DNA of 64,000 nt, from positions 6,200,001 through 6,264,000 of the forward strand of contig OZ024761.1 in the NCBI GenBank assembly GCA_964016885.1, written 5' to 3'. How positions within the stretch are numbered: position 1 is the stretch's first letter; each line of letters begins with the position of its first letter. Below are positions 57,378-64,000 of this stretch, in pieces. The notes below the pieces were generated by a model, which saw only the letters and a list, made by a program, of their open reading frames with translations, had not been told where the DNA came from and searched no databases. Position numbers and translations under genes: made by a program. The stretch is from Eledone cirrhosa. Its lineage: Eukaryota.

Positions 57378-59190
57378 CACACACATACACCACCATAAAC
57401 ACACACATACACCACCATAAACACACACACATACACCACCATAAACACACATACACCACCATGAACACACACACACATACACCACCATAAACACACACAT
57501 ACATCACCATAAACACACACACACCACCATAAACACATACACATACACCACCATAAACACACACATACACCACCATAAACATACACACATACACCACCAT
57601 AAACACATACACATACACCACCATAAACATACACATACACCACCATAAACATACACACATACACCACCATAAACATACACATACACCACCATAAACACAC
57701 ACACACATACCACCACACACACATACATCACCATAAACACACACACACCACCATAAACACACACACATACACCACCATAAACACACACACACACACCACC
57801 ATAAACACATACACATACACCACCATAAACACACACATACACCACCATAAACATACACACATACACCACCATAAACACACATACATACACCACCATAAAC
57901 ACACACATACACCACCATAAACATACACACATACACCACCATAAACACACATACATACACCATCATAAACACACACATACACCACCATAAACACACACAT
58001 ACACCACCATAAACACACATACATACACCACCATAAACACACACATACACCACCATAAACACACACACATTCACCACCATAAACACACATACATACACCA
58101 CCATAAACACACACACACACACCATCATAAACACACACACATACACCACCATAAACACACACACACACACACCACCATAAACACATACACATACACCACC
58201 ATAAACACACACATACACCACCATAAACATACACACATACACCACCATAAACACACATACATACACCACCATAAACACACACATACACCACCATAAACAT
58301 ACACACATACACCACCATAAACACACATACATACACCATCATAAACACACATATACACCACCATAAACACACACATACACCACCATAAACACACATACAT
58401 ACACCACCATAAACACACACATACACCACCATAAATACACACAGATACACCACCATAAACACACATACATACACCACCATAAACACACACACATACACCA
58501 CCATAAACACACACACACACACACACACCACCATAAACACACACACATACACCACCATAAACACACATACACCACCATAAACACACATACACCACCATAA
58601 ACACACACACATACACCACCATAAACACACATACCTACACCACCATAAACACACATACACCACCATAAACACACATACACCACCATAAACACACACACAT
58701 ACACCACCATAAACACTCACACATACACCACCATAAACATACACACATACACCACCATAAATACACATACATACACCACCATAAACACACACACATACAC
58801 CTCCATAAACACACATACACCTCCATAAACACACACACATACGCCACCATAAACACACACACATACACCTCCATAAACACACGCACATACACCTCCATAA
58901 ACACACACACATACACCACCATGAACATACATACACCACCATAAACACATACATACAGCACCATAAACACTCACACATACACCACCATAAACATACACAC
59001 ATACACCACCATAAACATACATACAAACACCACCATAAACACACACACATACACCACCATAAACACACACACATACACCACCATAAACACACACACATAC
59101 ACCACCATAAACACACACACATACACCACCATAAACATACATACATACACCACCATAAACACATACATACACCACCATAAACACACATTC
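57378..59190. repeat. ~22-28-bp minisatellite (acacacatacaccaccataa)
   Basis: direct reading. Confidence 0.93.
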
Positions 59191-59226
59191 ACACACACTC
59201 TCACACACACACACTTATATATACGC

Positions 59227-59494
59227 ATAATTGTTTCTACTTTTGGCACAAGGCCAGCAATTACACAGTGTATTACTGGTACTTTATTTTATCGACCCCG
59301 TAAGGATGAAAGGCAAAGTTAACCTCGGCGGGATTTGAACTCAGATCATAAAGGGACGTAACTCTATGCTTCCTTTATGATCTGAGTTCAAATCCCGCCG
59401 AGGTTAACTTTGCCTTTCATCCTTACGGGGTCGATAAAATAAAGTACCAGTAATACACTGGGTTATTGCTGGCCTTGTGCCAAACATAGAAACA

Positions 59495-59495
<1 letters not shown>
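59227..59495. mobile_element. SINE fold-back (two copies head-to-head, 5' heads lost)
   Basis: - copy 59227-59356 and + copy 59370-59495 are near-perfect reverse complements. Confidence 0.9.
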
Positions 59496-59535
<40 letters not shown>

Positions 59536-59639
59536 ATATACACTATACTATACACTATACATGCAGATACGCACACCACGATAAACACACACACACCGCA
59601 CCATAATAAGCACACACACACATACACACACCACAATAA

Positions 59640-59691
<52 letters not shown>

Positions 59692-60023
59692 CATACACTA
59701 TACATATAAACCCACAAACAATAAATACATCAGTGTTATTCTCAGAACACGCCAAATGATCTTCTTGGACAACCATTTTGTTATCTTTTACCATCTCCCT
59801 CCTCACCACCCTCTCCCCTCCAACACTACTCCCCACTCTCCTCTACCCTCCAACACCACCACCATACTCTCCCCCCTCCAACACTCCTCCCACTCTCCCT
59901 CTTTCTGCTTCTCTCTCTTTCGCCTTCACCGTCTCAGCCCCCTCCACCCATCTCTCCGCACATCATTCAATAATATTTCGTCTTGTTTTCTCTCCCATAA
60001 ATATATGTGTATTTATGTGTGTG

Positions 60024-60079
<56 letters not shown>

Positions 60080-60096
60080 TAATTTCTATACTTTTC

Positions 60097-60203
<107 letters not shown>

Positions 60204-60213
60204 TAGATATATA

Positions 60214-60253
<40 letters not shown>

Positions 60254-60389
60254 GGCACTCACACAAATATATATACATATATATACATATATACAATACA
60301 TACATACATATATATATATATATAATAAAAAATTGAACAGGGACAGAACAGAGAGGCAGTACGACAAATGTTTATTAGATTCACGCTCC

Positions 60390-60420
<31 letters not shown>

Positions 60421-60655
60421 GGCTCCATATATATATATATATATATACACACAGGCTCCATATATATATATATATATATACACACAGGCTCCATATATAT
60501 ATATATATATATATACACACAGGCACTCACACAAATATATATATATATACATACATATATATACATACAGCATACATATATACACACGTACCCTAGCAAA
60601 AACGACACATCAAACATACAGACATCGTACACACATACACGCACACACACACACG

Positions 60656-60692
<37 letters not shown>

Positions 60693-60939
60693 ACACATAC
60701 ACGCCGACACATGTATACACATACACACACATACACGCCGACACATGTATACACATACATACATAAATGCACGTTACCGTCACTACTCTTCCCACTCCTC
60801 ACTGTTTGTCTGTAGTAGCCTGCTGCCACAGTCACGTGTCCAGCCGCCATGTAATGACAGTATCTGACAAATTGGAGGCCGTGCTGATGTCAGCGTTGAT
60901 TAATTGGATAACTGAGTCAACGATGCTGGCGGCGGCGGC

Positions 60940-61755
60940 GGGGAGCCGTGGTGGGGGAGCCGTGGTGGTAGTGGGGGTTGTTGTGGTGGTGGTGGTGGGG
61001 AGCCGTGGTGGCGAGCCGTGGTGGCGAGCCGTGGTGGTGGCGTGGTGGTAGTGGGGGTTGTTGTGGTGGTGGTGGGGAGCCGTGGTGGCGAGCCGTGGTG
61101 GTGGTGGCGTGGTGGCGAGCCATGGTGGCGAGCCGTGGTGGTGGCGTGGTGGTAGTGGGGGTTGTTGTGGTGGTGGTGGGGAGCCGTGGTGGCGAGCCGT
61201 TGTGGGGAGCCGTGGTGGTGGCGTGGTGGCGAGCCATGGTGGCGAGCCGTGGTGGTGGCGTGGTGGTAGTGGGGGTTGTTGTGGTGGTGGTGGGGAACCG
61301 TGGTGGGGAGCCGTGGCGGGGATCCGTGGTGGGGAGCCGTGGTGGTGGCGTGGTGGTAGCGGGGGTGGGGGTTGTTGTGGTGGTGGTGGGGAGCCGTGTC
61401 GGGGAGCCGTGGTGGTGGCGTGGTGGTAGTGGGGGTATGTGGTGGTGGTGGTGGTGGCGGTGGTGGTGTTTGTGGTGGGGAGGCGTGGTGAGGAGCCGTG
61501 GTGGTGGCGTGGTGGTAGTGGTGGTGGTGGTGGTGGTTAGCCGTGGTGCTGGTGGTGGTGTTGATTATGATGGTGTAGTGGTGGTGGCGGTGGTGGTGTT
61601 AGTGGTGTGATGGTGGTGTTAGTGGTGGTGGTGGTGGTGTTAGTGGTGGTGGTGGTGTTAGTGGTGGTGGTGTTGGTGGTGGTGGTGGTGTGATGGAGGT
61701 GGTGTTAGTGGTGATGGTGGTGGTGTTAGTGGTGGTGGAAGTGGTGGTGGTGGTG
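60940..61755. repeat. G-rich minisatellite (gagccgtggtgg..) and (GGT)n
   Basis: direct reading. Confidence 0.9.
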
Positions 61756-61915
61756 GAGAGGAAGAAGAAAGTGAGAGAGAGTGTAAAATGAGGATAGAGT
61801 GACGGGGGAGGGTGACAGGCCGAGAGGCAGTCAGATAGACAGACACACAGACAGACAGACAGACATAACATTAAGTTCATATGTGGATATGTCACTATCT
61901 GTAGACCAAATATTG

Positions 61916-61976
61916 TATTTTATCTGACGAAAGCGTACCAAAATACTGGTACCCTTGAAATATGTATAATAAAATA
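61916..61976 (+). ncRNA. type I hammerhead ribozyme
   Basis: tattttat-CTGACGA-aagcgtacca/tggtaccctt-GAAA-tatgta-TA-ataaaata. Confidence 0.78.
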
Positions 61977-62007
61977 AATATGGTTTTATAAAGATATTTT
62001 CCATTTA

Positions 62008-62056
<49 letters not shown>

Positions 62057-62061
<5 letters not shown>

Positions 62062-63916
62062 ATAAATGCTCTGAAATAGCGATATATATGTGAATATAGA
62101 CATAGAATATTCGAAAATATTCTGTATGTTTATAATAAACATTTTGAAGACCTAATCGCTATAGAATAGAATACGTCACGTATTAAAATTAGATTCTCGA
62201 TAAAAGCAAGGGAAGTAATCTACGCGTTTCATTCTAGTTAGAAATCATCAGGACTACATATCCAGTGCTTTTATCGAGAATGACACAGCTAGAGACTTAT
62301 AGAATACTTAGCTGTGTACAGGAACTGGTTTGAAAGAGCGGTTGCCGGTCCGGCAGAAATTAGAAATTGGAATAAATGCTCTGAAATAGCGATATATATG
62401 TGAATATAGACATAGAATATTCGAAAATATTCTGTATGTTTATAATAAACATTTTGAAGACCTAATCGCTATAGAATAGAATACGTCACGTATTAAAATT
62501 AGATTCTCGATAAAAGCAAGGGAAGTAATCTACGCGTTTCATTCTAGTTAGAAATCATCAGGACTACATATCCAGTGCTTTTATCGAGAATGACACAGCT
62601 AGAGACTTATAGAATACTTAGCTGTGTACAGGAACTGGTTTGAAAGAGCGGTTGCCGGTCCGGCAGAAATTAGAAATTGGAATAAATGCTCTGAAATAGC
62701 GATATATATGTGAATATAGACATAGAATATTCGAAAATATTCTGTATGTTTATAATAAACATTTTGAAGACCTAATCGCTATAGAATAGAATACGTCACG
62801 TATTAAAATTAGATTCTCGATAAAAGCAAGGGAAGTAATCTACGCGTTTCATTCTAGTTAGAAATCATCAGGACTACATATCCAGTGCTTTTATCGAGAA
62901 TGACACAGCTAGAGACTTATAGAATACTTAGCTGTGTACAGGAACTGGTTTGAAAGAGCGGTTGCCGGTCCGGCAGAAATTAGAAATTGGAATAAATGCT
63001 CTGAAATAGCGATATATATGTGAATATAGACATAGAATATTCGAAAATATTCTGTATGTTTATAATAAACATTTTGAAGACCTAATCGCTATAGAATAGA
63101 ATACGTCACGTATTAAAATTAGATTCTCGATAAAAGCAAGGGAAGTAATCTACGCGTTTCATTCTAGTTAGAAATCATCAGGACTACATATTCAGTGCTT
63201 TTATCGAGAATGACACAGCTAGAGACTTATAGAATACTTAGCTGTGTACAGGAACTGGTTTGAAAGAGCGGTTGCCGGTCCGGCAGAAATTAGAAATTGG
63301 AATAAATGCTCTGAAATAGCGATATATATGTGAATATAGACATAGAATATTCGAAAATATTCTGTATGTTTATAATAAACATTTTGAAGACCTAATCGCT
63401 ATAGAATAGAATACGTCACGTATTAAAATTAGATTCTCGATAAAAGCAAGGGAAGTAATCTACGCGTTTCATTCTAGTTAGAAATCATCAGGACTACATA
63501 TCCAGTGCTTTTATCGAGAATGACACAGCTAGAGACTTATAGAATACTTAGCTGTGTACAGGAACTGGTTTGAAAGAGCGGTTGCCGGTCCGGCAGAAAT
63601 TAGAAATTGGAATAAATGCTCTGAAATAGCGATATATATGTGAATATAGACATAGAATATTCGAAAATATTCTGTATGTTTATAATAAACATTTTGAAGA
63701 CCTAATCGCTATAGAATAGAATACGTCACGTATTAAAATTAGATTCTCGATAAAAGCAAGGGAAGTAATCTACGCGTTTCATTCTAGTTAGAAATCATCA
63801 GGACTACATATCCAGTGCTTTTATCGAGAATGACACAGCTAGAGACTTATAGAATACTTAGCTGTGTACAGGAACTGGTTTGAAAGAGCGGTTGCCGGTC
63901 CGGCAGAAATTAGAAA
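62057..63916 (-). mobile_element. tandem array of six 310-bp HHR-containing units (retrozyme-like)
   Basis: units start at 62057, 62367, 62677, 62987, 63297 and 63607; only one substitution noticed (63192); no ORF. Confidence 0.9.
62215..62257 (-). ncRNA. minimal type I hammerhead ribozyme, repeated every 310 bp (62525, 62835, 63145, 63455, 63765)
   Basis: gtagtc-CTGATGA-t ttcta ac tagaa t-GAAA-cgcg-TA-gattac; flanked by the 16-bp inverted repeat attctcgataaaagca (62193-62208) / tgcttttatcgagaat (62266-62281). Confidence 0.85.
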
Positions 63917-63921
63917 TTGGA

Positions 63922-64000
63922 AATTTCTAATTTCTGCCGGACCGGCAACCGCTCTTTCAAACCAGTTCCTGTACACAGCTAAGTATTCTATAAGTCTCTA
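63922..64000 (+). repeat. inverted copy of the 310-bp unit (runs off the window)
   Basis: perfect reverse complement of 63840-63918 about a 3-nt loop near 63920. Confidence 0.92.

Overview
Repeat-saturated, AT-rich eukaryotic DNA, most likely from a coleoid cephalopod such as Octopus. That assignment is an inference from recalled SINE/LINE families and the extreme (TA)n density. No intact host gene is evident, and almost all long ORFs in the track are microsatellite or minisatellite artefacts. Recognisable coding sequence is limited to decayed non-LTR retrotransposons: a near full-length RTE at 1.7-4.7 kb, RTE 3' ends, a CR1-type 3' end and a Tx1/L1 RT fragment. There are also tRNA-derived SINEs and one possible first exon at ~55.4 kb. 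The main hidden signal is RNA-structural. By eye I find about 30 type I hammerhead ribozyme (HHR) motifs (stem I-CUGANGA-stem II-GAAA-short palindromic stem III-UH-stem I') from ten or more short non-coding families, mostly sitting between (TA)n tracts. Many of these elements are asymmetric fold-back palindromes, and several invert inside the HHR stem II. The window ends in six near-identical 310-bp tandem units, each carrying an intact minimal HHR (a retrozyme-like array), which then flips into an inverted copy. All ribozyme calls come from manual base-pairing inspection and are untested.
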